Assembly (NCBI GenBank): GCA_965261735.1
Contig: OZ253470.1
Span: 1,536,001 to 1,600,000, forward strand
Origin: Alphaproteobacteria bacterium
GTDB taxonomy: Bacteria; Pseudomonadota; Alphaproteobacteria; SHVV01
Direction of reading: 5' to 3'
DNA: 64,000 bases
Shown here: piece by piece, positions 42,001-53,366 of the stretch
Layout: each line of letters begins with the position of its first letter
Position numbering within the stretch: the first letter of the stretch is position 1
The notes under the pieces: generated by a model
The model's database searches: none
Told to the model about the DNA's origin: nothing
The model's input: the letters and a program-made list of their open reading frames with translations, nothing else
Position numbers and translations under genes: made by a program

Positions 42001-42285
42001 ATGTTCACCGTAGTCACCCCCACGACGAGTCTTAGCCTCGACGATCATTTCATAAAGCGTCCTGCGGCGACATTCTTTGTCACGGTCGAGGGCGGCGGCA
42101 TGGCCGAACACGGGATCCTTGCCGGCGATACCCTGATCGTCGACCGTTCACGTACGCCAGGCACGGGTTCCATCGTCATCGCGGTAATCGTGGGCGAGTT
42201 GACCACCCGTCCGTTCGCCGCCCTCGATGGCGAGGAGGCCCACGTCTGGGGCGTCGTCGCCGGGGTGGTGCGGAGCCTGCCATGA
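42001..42285 (+). CDS. UmuD'-like S24-fold protein lacking N-terminal arm and catalytic residues
   Basis: PAATFFVTVEGGGM..GI..GD.LIVDRS...VIA...GE.T...VWGVV; coupled to umuC by ATGA. Confidence 0.7.
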   Translation: MFTVVTPTTSLSLDDHFIKRPAATFFVTVEGGGMAEHGILAGDTLIVDRSRTPGTGSIVIAVIVGELTTRPFAALDGEEAHVWGVVAGVVRSLP

Positions 42286-43500
42286 GCATCTACGGACTGG
42301 CCGATTGCAATAACTTCTTCGTCTCCTGCGAGCGGGTCTTCCGGCCAGCCCTCGAAGGCCGTCCCGCCGTGGTCCTGTCGTCGAACGACGGCTGCATCGT
42401 CGCGCGCAGCGACGAGGCGAAGGCGCTCGGCGTCAAGATGGCGCAGCCGGCGTTCCAGGCGAAAGACCTCATCGAGAGGCATAGCATTGCCGTCATCAGC
42501 GGCAACCTCCAGTTCTATACCGACATGAGCAACCGGGTGATGCAGGTCTTCGGGGAACTGGTCCCGGCGGTCTCGCGGGAATACCGCAAGAGCTCACGGC
42601 ATTCTGCCAGGACCTGAAACGCACCGTGCGGCAATGGACCGGGCTGCCGATCAGCATCGGCATCGCCGAGACCAAGACCCTTGCCAAGATCGCCAACCGC
42701 CTCGCGAAGACCTCCGCCAAAACGGACGGCGTTCTCGATCTCACCGGAACGCGCTGGCGCGACAAGGCGCTGGCGTCAACGGAAGTCGGCGATGTCTGGG
42801 GCATCGGCAGGCAGTACGCCAAGAAACTCAACCGCAACGGTGTCATGACGGCCCTCGATCTGACGAGCCGTCCCGATGGCTGGGTGCGCAGGGCGTCGGC
42901 GGGCTGAAGACGGTGCGGGAATTGCGCGGCGAAGACTGTATAGGCTTCGACGACATGCCCCAGCCCAAGCAAACGACGATGGTTTCGCGATCCTTCGGCA
43001 CGGAAGTGCGCGACTACGACGAGTTGACCAATGCGATCGCCATGTTCGCGACCGATGCGGCACGATCGATCCGCAGGGCCAATCTCGTCTCAACCTCGGT
43101 GAGCGTGTTCATCGAGACCAACCGTTTCGGCAAGAGCCCGCACCACGCTCCCTCCTGCTCGGAAGCACTGTCGCCCGCGACCAATAACACGAAGCATGTC
43201 GTGCGAGCCGCGCTGGCCGCTCTGAAGCACATCTACCGCGAGGGGCTGGCGTACAAACGCGCCGGGGTGATGCTGCTCGACCTCGTAGAAGCCGGCCGGG
43301 CGCCAATCTCGCTATTCGATACGCAGGATCCAAGGGACGACAAGCTGATCGAAGCGTTCGACGCCATCAACGACCGGCTGGGGCCGGGAGCGATCCAATT
43401 CGGCCCCGCGGCGCAGGCCGCGGCCTGGCGATCGAGCAGCGCGTTCCGCTCGCCCAACTACACAACCCGTTGGGAAGACATCCCGAAGGTTAAAACCTGA
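42282..43500 (+). pseudogene. umuC: UmuC-like Y-family polymerase with internal deletion and frameshifts
   Basis: ADCNNFFVSCE, LSSNDGC, TKTLAKIAN, SRSFG, SPNYTTRW; catalytic SIDE motif missing near 42570; frame changes near 42575 and 42890. Confidence 0.85.
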
Positions 43501-43676
43501 GCCTCGGCAGACCCGGGCGTCGATCCGGGCAGCGGTCCACAAGCAGAAAGTTACACTACGGGCGCACTGCCTCCGCCAGAACCTGGCGCGCCGGCGAGAG
43601 AATGAGGCCGGGGCCTTTCGGGCGGCGGGAACGAGGGCGAGAGAACGGCTCTCGCCGCCCCGCCGGGAGCCCTCGA

Positions 43677-44274
43677 TTGACCCATTCGAAGACGGCGGCG
43701 ATCGGGACGGCGATCGCGGTAATCGCGGCGCTGTTTCTCGCCGGTTACATGACCGGCGATCATGGGGTGAAGCGGATGGACGGCGCGCGGGCTCGGCGAC
43801 ATCGCCGGGGGGGGGGGGCCCAGGTCCACAGCCGGAAGCGGCAAGCACGGGATCGCGGCCATGGTAGCTGGAACCATGGCGGGGCTGTTTCCCGGTAGCG
43901 GGATCGGCGCCTCGCTCGACAAGCTGTGTGCGGCCCGCACACGGCAAGCGGCGCTGGAGACCGGTCCAAGCGTGGTGCCCTTGCGCTGGCGCAATCGCAA
44001 CACCGATAACGCAGGGGCGATTACACCGACCCGCACCTACAGATCGGCCGCCGGAATCTACTGCAGGGAATACCAACTCACCGCGACCGCCGGCGGGCGC
44101 ACCGGGCAAGCCCACGGCAGCGGCTGCCGCCAGCCCGACGGCTCGTGGCGAGTATCGAACCAGCACCGCGCCTGCCCATGGCGACCTGCCCGGCGCTGGA
44201 ACGGCGGCGATCGATTCAACTGTCCTTGCACGGTCCAGCCGTTCCGGCTCCATCCGGTTCCGTTACGCCGGTGA
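43677..44274 (+). pseudogene. 17-kDa surface antigen-like (glycine-zipper) lipoprotein, frameshifted
   Basis: Signal-like N-terminus ending LAGY; other frame carries WRN...YCREYQ...CRQPDGSW; G12 tract at 43807-43818. Confidence 0.65.
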
Positions 44275-44365
44275 GAGCCAGAGCTTGAGCCGAAGGCGGG
44301 CGAGGGCGGATGCCGAAGAGGGTGTCCCCGCCCGGTTCCGCATTCACGCAATCCCGGAGACCGAC

Positions 44366-45660
44366 ATGCACGACCCCGAACGCGATATCCGCGACATCCC
44401 GCTGTCCCAACTCGAACTCTCGCCCGGCAATGTGCGCAAGACGCCGGCCGATGCTTCAGCCTTCACCGAGCTCAAGGCCTCGATCGCTGCCCACGGGTTG
44501 CTCGAGAACCTGATTGCCCGCGCCATGGAACCCGGCACCGATTATGTCGTGCGCTACGCGGTGATCGCCGGCGGACGGCGGCTTGCCGTGATGCAGGCGC
44601 TGGCCGCCGAAGGCGCGCTGGACGAGGACCACCCCGTGCCCTGCCGCATGATCGGAAGCATCGTGGCGGCCGAAGAAGTTTCGCTGGCCGAGAACAGTGT
44701 CCGCGCCGCCATGCACACGGCCGATCAGGTCGAGGCATTCCGCCGCCTGGCCGATGCGGGCAGCACGGCGGGCGCCATCGCGGCGCGTTTCGGGGTCTCG
44801 GAGCGCACCGTGGAGAAGCGCCTGCGGCTCGGCAACGCCGCACCAGTGCTGCTCGAGGCCTACCGAGCAGGCGAAATCGATCTGGACACATTGATGGCCT
44901 TCGCCGTCACCACGGATCATGCGCGCCAGAACGCGGTCTGGGCGGCGGTGAGCCAACAGGGCTACCGTCCCGGCGCCTGGCAGATCAAGCGCCTGCTGAC
45001 CGAGGACCGGGTTCCGGCCACGTCCGCCATCGCGCGTTTCGTCGGCATCGAGGCTTACGAGGCGGCGGGCGGCAGGATCGATCGCGATCTGTTCGCCGAG
45101 GAGGACGAGCGGGGGATCTGGTTCGACGATCCCGAACTCTTGAACAAGCTCGCCATGGACAGCCTCCAGGTCGCGGCGAGGGAACTGGAGACGCGCTGGA
45201 AATGGGCCGAGGCGCGGCTCGACGTGGACTGGAGCGCCACCGCGAGCTTCGGGCGGGTGCGTCCGCAACCGGCCGAGCCGACAGACGGGGAGAAGGCCGA
45301 GATCGAACGTTTGAGGACCCGCAACGACGAACTCGCCAACATGGACGACGACGGCTGGACCGAAGAATTGGTCGAGGAAGCCGATGCCAACGAGACGCGC
45401 CTGGACGAGATCGAGGCCGCGATCGACGCCCGCGCGGTCTACCGGCGCGAGGACATCGCTATCGCCGGGTGCATCGCCACCGTCGGCAACGACGGCGAGC
45501 TCAAGCTGATCCAGGGCCTGGTCAGGCCCGAGGACATGCCCGCGCGCGAACCCAACGATGCGAACATGGCCGGACAAGACGATACCGGCGACGGGGAGAG
45601 CGCCAGTTCCAGCATCGAGGCTCCCACACTTGCGGCTCCCCCCGCTTCGCCCGGCGAAGG
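44366..45660 (+). pseudogene. Plasmid/ICE-type ParB family protein, 3'-truncated
   Basis: NVRKT, GLLENL, AGGRR, SLAEN, HTH ARFGVSERTVEKRLRL, RDLF; sequence switches to unrelated coding after about 45660. Confidence 0.75.
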
Positions 45661-45811
45661 ACAAGTTCGCCGGTATCGAGCCGGACGCCTTGCGCCCGTC
45701 GGGGCGCTTCGATCCCAACCTCCGCAGGCAGGTCAAGCGCGACGCCGATGCGCTCACGGCGCAATTCGCGGGCTACTTCGCGCCCGCCGCCGCGGACAGG
45801 GAAGCAGCCTG

Positions 45812-47164
45812 ATGGCCGCCCATGCCCGCTCGGAATCCGCCCGGCGCGTCAGCGACTGCATGACCACGCTGCTGCGCGACCAGCCCTTCTTCGGCAGCCT
45901 GGCGTTAAGGCTGCCGATCCGCCCCGACGAAACCCGCGAGACCCTGGCCAGCGATGGCAAGGACATCCGCTACGCGCCCCAGTGGGTGGCGGACACCGAT
46001 GCCGATCAGATCAAGACCGCGCTGGCGCGCGTGGTCCTGGCCTGCGCGTTGAAGCATCATACGCGGCGGGGCAGCCGCGACCCGGAGCGCTGGCAACGGG
46101 CCTCGCAGTTGGTCACCCACGGCCTGCTGCGGGACGCAGGTTTTGCACTGCCGCCCGGCGCAGAGGCCTGGGACGCCATCAGCGCCGAACAGGCCTACGA
46201 CCGGCTTCCGGAACCGCCGGACGATGCAGAGAATCCGGGCGATGCGTCTTCATCCAGCGATGTGGATGACAGTGGCAGCGCTGCCGGCCCTCGATGCGGT
46301 GACGGCGACGAAGACCAAAGCGCTCCGCCAAATCCAACCGATGACAACAGTCCGCAAGAGCAGGACGCGCCGGGATCGGGCAGCAATAGCGCGGGCTCGA
46401 AACCATCCGGGCAGACGCCCGCCAGCCACGACCCTTGCGGCACCGGCGAGGTCATGGACGCGGACGAGCGTTGCGACGCCACCGGCCAGTCCGGCGAATC
46501 GCCTCTGGACACACCCGCCGAGGAGCAGGCGTGGGACGAAGCCATGCACCAGGCCGCCAATCTCGCGCGGGCGCAAGGCAACGCGCCTGGCGCCGTCGAG
46601 GAGACGATCCGGCAAGCGCATCGCAGCATCCTCGACTGGCGGTCGCTGTTGCGCCGCTACATGACCGATGCCGCGCGCCGCGATGATAGCTGGAGCGTCC
46701 CCAACCGGCGTTTCATCGACAGCGGCCTCTATCTGCCCTCGATGCACTCGGAGGGCATCGATGCCATCGCCATCATCATCGACACCTCCGGATCGCTGCC
46801 GGGCGAAACGCTGGCCCTGTTCTGGGCCGAGGTCCGCGAAATCACCGCCGAACTGCAGCCGGACAGCATCTATGTCCTTCAGGTCGACGCGGTGCTGCAG
46901 GACGCAGCCCGGTATCCCGCCGGGGAACTACCGGACAGCATCACGATCAAGGGACGCGGCGGGACCGATTTCCGGCCAGGCTTCGCATGGCTTCATGAGC
47001 ATGGGGTGCGCCCAAGCTGCTGCCTCTACCTGACCGACATGGAATGCGACAGCTACCCCGAGGCCGAGCCTGGCTATCCTGTAATTTATTGCAACTGGGG
47101 GCCGCCGCCGGGGACAAGGAACCGCGAGCCCTGGGGCGAGCGCATCGACATCGGACCGGCATGA
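45812..47164 (+). CDS. DUF2201-like putative metallopeptidase + VWA domain protein
   Basis: PFFGSLAL, DTSGS MIDAS motif, GRGGTDFRP, YLTD; ATG overlaps the TGA of an upstream gene remnant. Confidence 0.8.
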   Translation: MAAHARSESARRVSDCMTTLLRDQPFFGSLALRLPIRPDETRETLASDGKDIRYAPQWVADTDADQIKTALARVVLACALKHHTRRGSRDPERWQRASQLVTHGLLRDAGFALPPGAEAWDAISAEQAYDRLPEPPDDAENPGDASSSSDVDDSGSAAGPRCGDGDEDQSAPPNPTDDNSPQEQDAPGSGSNSAGSKPSGQTPASHDPCGTGEVMDADERCDATGQSGESPLDTPAEEQAWDEAMHQAANLARAQGNAPGAVEETIRQAHRSILDWRSLLRRYMTDAARRDDSWSVPNRRFIDSGLYLPSMHSEGIDAIAIIIDTSGSLPGETLALFWAEVREITAELQPDSIYVLQVDAVLQDAARYPAGELPDSITIKGRGGTDFRPGFAWLHEHGVRPSCCLYLTDMECDSYPEAEPGYPVIYCNWGPPPGTRNREPWGERIDIGPA

Positions 47165-47613
47165 CACCGCGGCTAGTTGCCGCCGGCCGCCGGCCGGGCG
47201 GGATGCAGCAGGTAATCCGGTTCACAGCTCTCCAACAGGGAAGAGGTTCGATCTTCCAGCAGCAGTTCAATACACAGGTTTTCCGCCCTGCGGCCCTCCT
47301 GCCATTCATCCCACTCGAACACCCAAACCCTGAACCGCGGAAACTTGCGCGCCGCCTTGAGCCCGGCCGAATGAAGCTTTTGGAGAAGAGGGTCCGTGTC
47401 CACGCCATCCGGCGGCCAGTCTTCGAACGTGAGGATCAATCCCTTGGCCTTGGAACTGCCCTGGCCGAATCCGGAAGGGATTTCATCGGCGAGAGGACCG
47501 ATAGAGAAGAACACGGACAATGCAACGAAGATGACGAAAGTTCGGTTCATCCAGGTTCCTGTCCGCCAACCCCGGGGCAAGCGCATCGGCATCGGACCGG
47601 CCTGATACCGCGG
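47122..47613. repeat. 51-bp imperfect direct repeats (47122-47172, 47563-47613) flanking a small gene
   Basis: 44/51 identical; both encode a VWA-gene C-terminus plus TGA. Confidence 0.8.
47173..47550 (-). CDS. Hypothetical exported protein, possibly protease pro-domain-like
   Basis: Signal peptide MNRTFVIFVALSVFFSIG; ends CEPDYLLHP; lower GC. Confidence 0.5.
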   Translation of the reverse strand: MNRTFVIFVALSVFFSIGPLADEIPSGFGQGSSKAKGLILTFEDWPPDGVDTDPLLQKLHSAGLKAARKFPRFRVWVFEWDEWQEGRRAENLCIELLLEDRTSSLLESCEPDYLLHPARPAAGGN

Positions 47614-47796
47614 GCCGCACGCCCGTAATCCTCCATATCCGTGCTCCCGCCCGCAAGGAGGCGGGTTGCGCTGAGGCCGGGTGAACCGGGGCCGGGAGAG
47701 CGAGGACACCGGCTTCCGGCATCACCCGGCCCTTCGACGGAGCCGTAAGGCCCGGGCCACGGTTCCGGCCCGCCCTTTCCAATTGGGAGATCATTC

Positions 47797-50700
47797 ATGC
47801 TCGACGCCCAACCGGCGGCGACCGCGCCCGCGCGTCCGCCTGCCATCCAGCAGCTTCAACCATCCCCAGCGATTGCCGATACCACAGGCGTTCGCTCCAA
47901 GCCTGCCGCGTTGCTGGCCGCGGCAACCGCTCTGCTTCTTGAGCTGGAGGTGGGCCGGGCGCTCGATCCAAAGACCTTGCGCGAAGCCATGAGCGCGGCC
48001 TTCGGCGCCAATGACACGCAAGGAGCCTGGGTCTGGAAGGACGCCTACGAAGCGGCCGAAGCCGCGATGGTGCTGTTCATCCAGCGCTACGGCCGCCTCA
48101 TGCGCCGCGAGGCGGGCGCCGGACCCGGATCGGCCGCCGCCATGCTCGCCATGCTGGAGACCCTGGCGGCGCTGGAGCCGTCCCAGACACGGCGGTCGGA
48201 GGAACAGCTTGCCCTGCAACAGTTCTCCACTCCCTTGCCGCTCGCCTACGCCGCGCTGCAGGCCGCCGCCATCCGGCCCGGCGACATCGTGCTGGAACCC
48301 TCGGCCGGCACCGGCATGCTCGCCGTCATGGCCGAATGCGCCCTCGGCAAGCGCACCGATGACGCGCGATCGGGGGATCCCCTGCACCTGAACGAGATTG
48401 CCGCCGTTCGCGCCGGGTTGCTTGCGCGATTGTTCCCAGATTCGCCGGTCACCCGTCATAACGCCGAGTCCATCGCCGATTATCTGCCGGACCTGCGTCC
48501 CACCGTGGTGTTGATGAACCCGCCCTTTTCGGCGAGCCCCGGGGTCCAGCGCATCCGCCATGACGCGGATTTGCGCCATCTTCATTCCGCCTTCTCCATG
48601 CTCCCGGCGGGCGGGCGGCTGGTGGCCATCACGTCGGCCGGCTGCATCCCGGGCGATACCGCCTGGAGCCGCGCCTTCGAGCGCCTCGATCCACCGCCGC
48701 GCACCGTCTTTTCCAACGCCATCGACGGGCGCGCCTACGCACGGCGCGGCACGACCTTCGATACCCGGCTGACCGTAATCGACCGTGATCCCGCCAATGC
48801 CCAGGGCGTTCCGGTCGACGCGCGGGAATCCGTCCCCACCGCTGCCGGGTTGCTTGCAGCTATCGCCGCCAATGTGCCGCAGCGGCAGGCGGTCGTGCCA
48901 ATAGCCGCGGCCCTTGTTCCGGCCGGCGATCTGTTCGGCCATGCCGCTGCACGGCCGGCCCCGCGTAAGTGGGCAGCGGCCACCGCGCCCAACACCAGAT
49001 CCGCAGACCCGCAAGTCCGCGATTGGGGGCCGGTGGCCGAACTCGACTACGAAATTTCACCCGCCAACCCTGAAGGCAAGGTAAGCGAACCGGAGGCCAC
49101 CCATGCCGGCGTCTACGAGCCCTGGTGTCCCCGGACCGCGCGCATTCCCGGCGCCTGCGAACATCCGACGCCGCTGGTGCAATCCGCCGCCATGGCGGCG
49201 GTGCCCCATCCCGTGCCGTCGTACCGCCCGATGCTGCCCGTGCATGTCGTGACGGACGAACTGCTGTCCGACGCCCAGCTCGAAAGCGTCATCCTCGCCG
49301 GTCAGGCGCATGAGCGCCATCTTTCCGCGCACTACCGCATCGGCGAGGGGTGGGAGACCGTCGCGCGTGTCGCCGACAATGAAGATGACAACAGCGATGA
49401 CGGCAAAAACGACGAGACAATTCACTCTGATCCCGAACCCGCCACCGATGCTACCGGCGATGGCGAAGCCCTGTCCGCGCCGGTGCGTTTCCGGCGCGGC
49501 TGGATGCTGGGCGACGGCACCGGCTGCGGCAAGGGCCGCCAGGTCGCCGCCATCATTCTCGACCACTGGCTGCGCGGCCGCCGCCGGGCGCTGTGGCTGT
49601 CCGCCTCCGACAAGCTGCTGGAAGACGCGCTCCGCGACTGGGCCGCGGTCGGCGGCAGCGAGGCCGACCTCATCCCATTGGGTAAGTTCCGCCAGGGGGC
49701 CGAAATTCCACAAGAGGCCGGTATCCTGTTCGCCACCTATGCAACCTTGCGCTCGCCCGCCCGCCAGGGAAAGCGCTCGCGCCTCGAACAGATCGTGCGC
49801 TGGCTCGCCGATGGCATGGACGAAGACTCCCGCCATGCCTTTGGCGGCGGGACCGCGCGGCGATACCGCCCCCTCGCAGCAGGGGCGCGCCGGATTGCGT
49901 TTGCAGAACGCCTTGCCGGATGCCCGCATCCTCTATGTCTCCGCCACCGGTGCCACCACGGTGCCCGGACTTGCCTATGCGCGGCGCCTCGGCCTGTGGA
50001 GCGGCGCGGATTCGGGCGGCGAGACGCCCTTCAAGCAACGCACCGATTTCGTCACCGCCATGGAGGCCGGCGGGGTCGCGGCGATGGAGGTGGTGGCCCG
50101 CGATCTGAAGGCCCTCGGGCTCTACCAGGCCCGTGCGCTCAGCTATGACGGGGTCGAGGTCGAGCTGCTCGAACATCCGCTGACGCCCGAGCAGCGGCGC
50201 ATCTACGACGCCTATGCCGGGGCCTTCAAGGTGATCCACCGCAATATAGAAGACGCCCTGAAAGCCACCGGCATCATGGAAGGCGATGCCACCCTGAACA
50301 AGAACGCCAAGTCCGCCGCGCTGTCGGCTTTCGAGGGCGCGAAGCAGCGTTTCTTCGGCCATCTCCTGACCGCAATGAAATGTCCCTCGCTGATCCGGTT
50401 CGTGGAGGCCGATCTCGAGGCAGGTCATGCCTGCGTCATCCAGCTGGTCTCCACCGGCGAGGCTTTGCTGGACCGGCGCATCGCCGATATCCCCGTCTCG
50501 GAATGGGACGATATCTCCGTCGACCTGACGCCGAGGGAGGCGTGCCTTGAATATCTGGCGCACGCATTCCCTGTGCAGTTGCAGGAGCCATTCACCGACG
50601 ACGAGGGCAATCTCATGAGCCGGCCCGTGACCGACGCCGAGGGCAACCCGGTCTTGTGCCAGGAAGCAGTCGCTGCCCGCGACTCTCTGATCGAGAAGCT

Positions 50701-52333
50701 CGCGGCGTTGCCGCCGGTGCAGGCGGCGCTCGACCAGATCCTGCACCGTTTCGGCGGCAAGGCCGTCGCCGAGGTCACCGGCCGCTCGCGCAGGGTCCTG
50801 CGCATCGCCGATGCGTCAAGCGAGCGCCTGGCGCTGCGCAACCGTCCTGCGTCGGCCAACCTCGCCGAGACCGCCGCCTTCATGGCGGGCGACAAACGCA
50901 TCCTCGTCTTCTCCATGGCCGGCGGCACCGGGCGCAGCTATCACGCCGACCTTGGCTGCGGCAACACTGCGCGGCGTATCCATTACCTGCTGGAGCCGGG
51001 CTGGCGGGCCGACCAGGCGATCCAGGGACTGGGCCGCACCCATCGAACGCACCAGGCCTCGGCCCCCTTGTTCCGCCCCGTCACCACGGATGTGAAGGGC
51101 GAGCGGCGGTTCATTGCCACCATCGCGCGGCGTCTCGACAGCCTGGGCGCCATCACCCGGGGACAGCGGGACAGCCAGACGGCCATGGGCGGCGGCGATG
51201 CCACCCTGTTCCGGGCCAGCGACAATCTGGAGAGCCCCTACGCCAAGGTGGCGCTGCGTCAGTTCTACATCGCGCTGTGGCGCGGCAACATTGCGGGCTG
51301 GTCCATGGACCGTTTCGAGGACGCCACCGGGCTGAAGTTGATCTGGGAAGGCTCGCTCAAGGAAGACCTGCCGCCGATGCCCCGGTTCCTCAACCGGCTG
51401 CTGGCCCTGCCCATCGCCGAGCAGAACGAGTTGTTCGCCGAGCTGGAAACCCGCATCGAGGCCAACATCGAACAGGCCATCGAGGCCGGGACCCACGAGC
51501 AGGGTGTCGAGACCATCCGGGCCGACTCCCTCACCGTGGCCTCGCGCGAGACGGTTCACGTTCATGAAGCCTCGGGCGCCGCCACCGAGCTTGTCGAGAT
51601 CGTCCGCCGCGACCGGCTCGTGCCGCTGGCGGCCGACGATGCGCTCGCCATGCGGGACGGGCGTCCCGTCGTCAACACCCGCTCGAAGCGCGCCGCCGTG
51701 GTCCTGCCCGCGCCGTCGCGGATGTTCGAGGACGGCGGGGTCGAGGCCCGGGTCCGCCTGGTCCGTCCCGCCGCCCGCGAGCCCATGGCCGCGGCCGAGC
51801 TTGCCGCCTCGAACTGGGAGGATTCCGGCGAAGATCGCTGGCGCGTGTTGTGGGATGCGGAAATCGAGGGGCTGCCCAGCCACACCGAATCCCGCCTGTG
51901 GCTGGTCACCGGCCTGCTGCTGCCCATCTGGGACCGATTGCCGGGCGAGAACATGCGGGTGCGCCGGCTTGCGACCGATGCCGGGGAAAGCCTGCTCGGC
52001 CGGGTTCTGACGCCCGAGCAGGCGCACGCCTTCCGCGACGCCTTCGGACTGGCCGGCGGACCGGTCATGAGCCCGGCCGAGATGCACGAGGCGATTCTGA
52101 TCCGCGGCGCGTCCTTCGATCTCGCCAACGGCTGGCGGCTTGCAAGGCGGCGCCTGATGGGCGCCGGCCGCGTCGAGATCGAAGGACCGGCCGATAACGA
52201 CCTCGCGGCGCTCAAGCGCATGGGGTGCGCCACCGAGATCGTCTCGTGGCGCACCCGTGTGTTCGTGCCCCAATACATCGACCTCGGCCGCATCCTCGAT
52301 CGCTGGCCGCTCGCGGATGCGAACCCGGCGTAA
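47797..52333 (+). pseudogene. Strawberry-notch-like methylase/helicase, frameshifted by internal deletion
   Basis: LEPSAGTG, MNPPF, GDGTGCGKGRQ, SATGA, QGLGRTHR; Walker B segment absent at the frame switch near 49845. Confidence 0.85.
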
Positions 52334-52473
52334 ACCCGCACTCTCCCGCCCGGCATCCGGCACGGGGGCGTGCCAACCCTTGGCTCCGCCCGCTACGCGC
52401 GCTTCCGGGAAATTGCGCCTCTGTGCCGCCCGCGGGCACGAACAGTCCAACCCGCCATATGGAAGATATCGTC

Positions 52474-52731
52474 ATGACATCTCATACGCTGCCCGACGAT
52501 CCCGTCTACGCGTTTTGTCCCGCTTATGACTTCGACAACATGCCGCAGCAAATACGAATCGTGTTCGATTCGATGCCGGGCTACGTCCCCACGGCGCTGG
52601 TGGCGCTCAGCCTCGACGATGCCTTGCGAATCTGCGACCGACTCAACGCCCGCATCGGCCTCGACCGCAATGCCTGGTCCGCCATCGCTGCCCGCGCCAT
52701 GTCCGCCACTCGCGATGAAGCCACCCATTGA
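52474..52731 (+). CDS. Hypothetical protein
   Basis: Plausible small ORF co-oriented with the backbone. Confidence 0.5.
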   Translation: MTSHTLPDDPVYAFCPAYDFDNMPQQIRIVFDSMPGYVPTALVALSLDDALRICDRLNARIGLDRNAWSAIAARAMSATRDEATH

Positions 52732-52846
52732 ACCCAACAAGATGTAGAGGCCGAGGGCAGCACGGCAGGGGTGATTCAGGCGGTGTACGGGAGGCAATTT
52801 TCCCGGAATCGCCGCCATTCTGTCATGCAATCCACGGAGGAACCCG

Positions 52847-53161
52847 ATGTTCGACACCCTCACACCACGCTCCACGACCGGTGAGTTCAAAACCATGTCC
52901 TCCGCCCGGCCCGATCCCGGCGGGTTCCTGCCGGAAGCGCGGACCGGCACACGCGAAGCTGCAGCTCACATGAAGGATCTGGCGGAACGCTTCGCCGAGC
53001 TGCGGAACGCCATCATGCGTCTGCCCGGCAACCCGTCCTGCGACGACCGCGCCGGGCTCCGCCACCGGCTTCTCCATCTCGAACACACCTTGATGAACGC
53101 GAGGGGCAGCCTCGACGACGCCGTCATCGCCATCATGGACGCCAACGACGCGGTCCTTTGA
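52847..53161 (+). CDS. Hypothetical helical protein
   Basis: RBS GGAGG before ATG. Confidence 0.5.
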   Translation: MFDTLTPRSTTGEFKTMSSARPDPGGFLPEARTGTREAAAHMKDLAERFAELRNAIMRLPGNPSCDDRAGLRHRLLHLEHTLMNARGSLDDAVIAIMDANDAVL

Positions 53162-53366
53162 CAACCCGCACGGCGGTTGCCGGGCAAAATCGTGCCAACG
53201 GTTGCCGCCGGTCACGGTCAAGCTCCTGAAGGATCTGTCCCGCACTGCCGAGAAAGAACTCCAGATCGTGGTGCCCTCCTGCAACCGGGCGTGGCGGCAA
53301 GGTCTCTCGACGTTCGCCACGGGCGAGCCGACGATCCACTGATCATCAGCCGTCGGTTGTCGATAA

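Noticed and set aside
43928-47164. 1078-aa ORF as a single genuine gene
   Set aside because: It is a ParB remnant (ATG 44366) plus a VWA gene (ATG 45812) joined by chance frame continuity; the first 146 codons overlap another gene.
47122-47613. Diversity-generating retroelement VR/TR pair
   Set aside because: Mismatches are not confined to adenines, the repeat is only 51 bp, and no reverse transcriptase is in the window.
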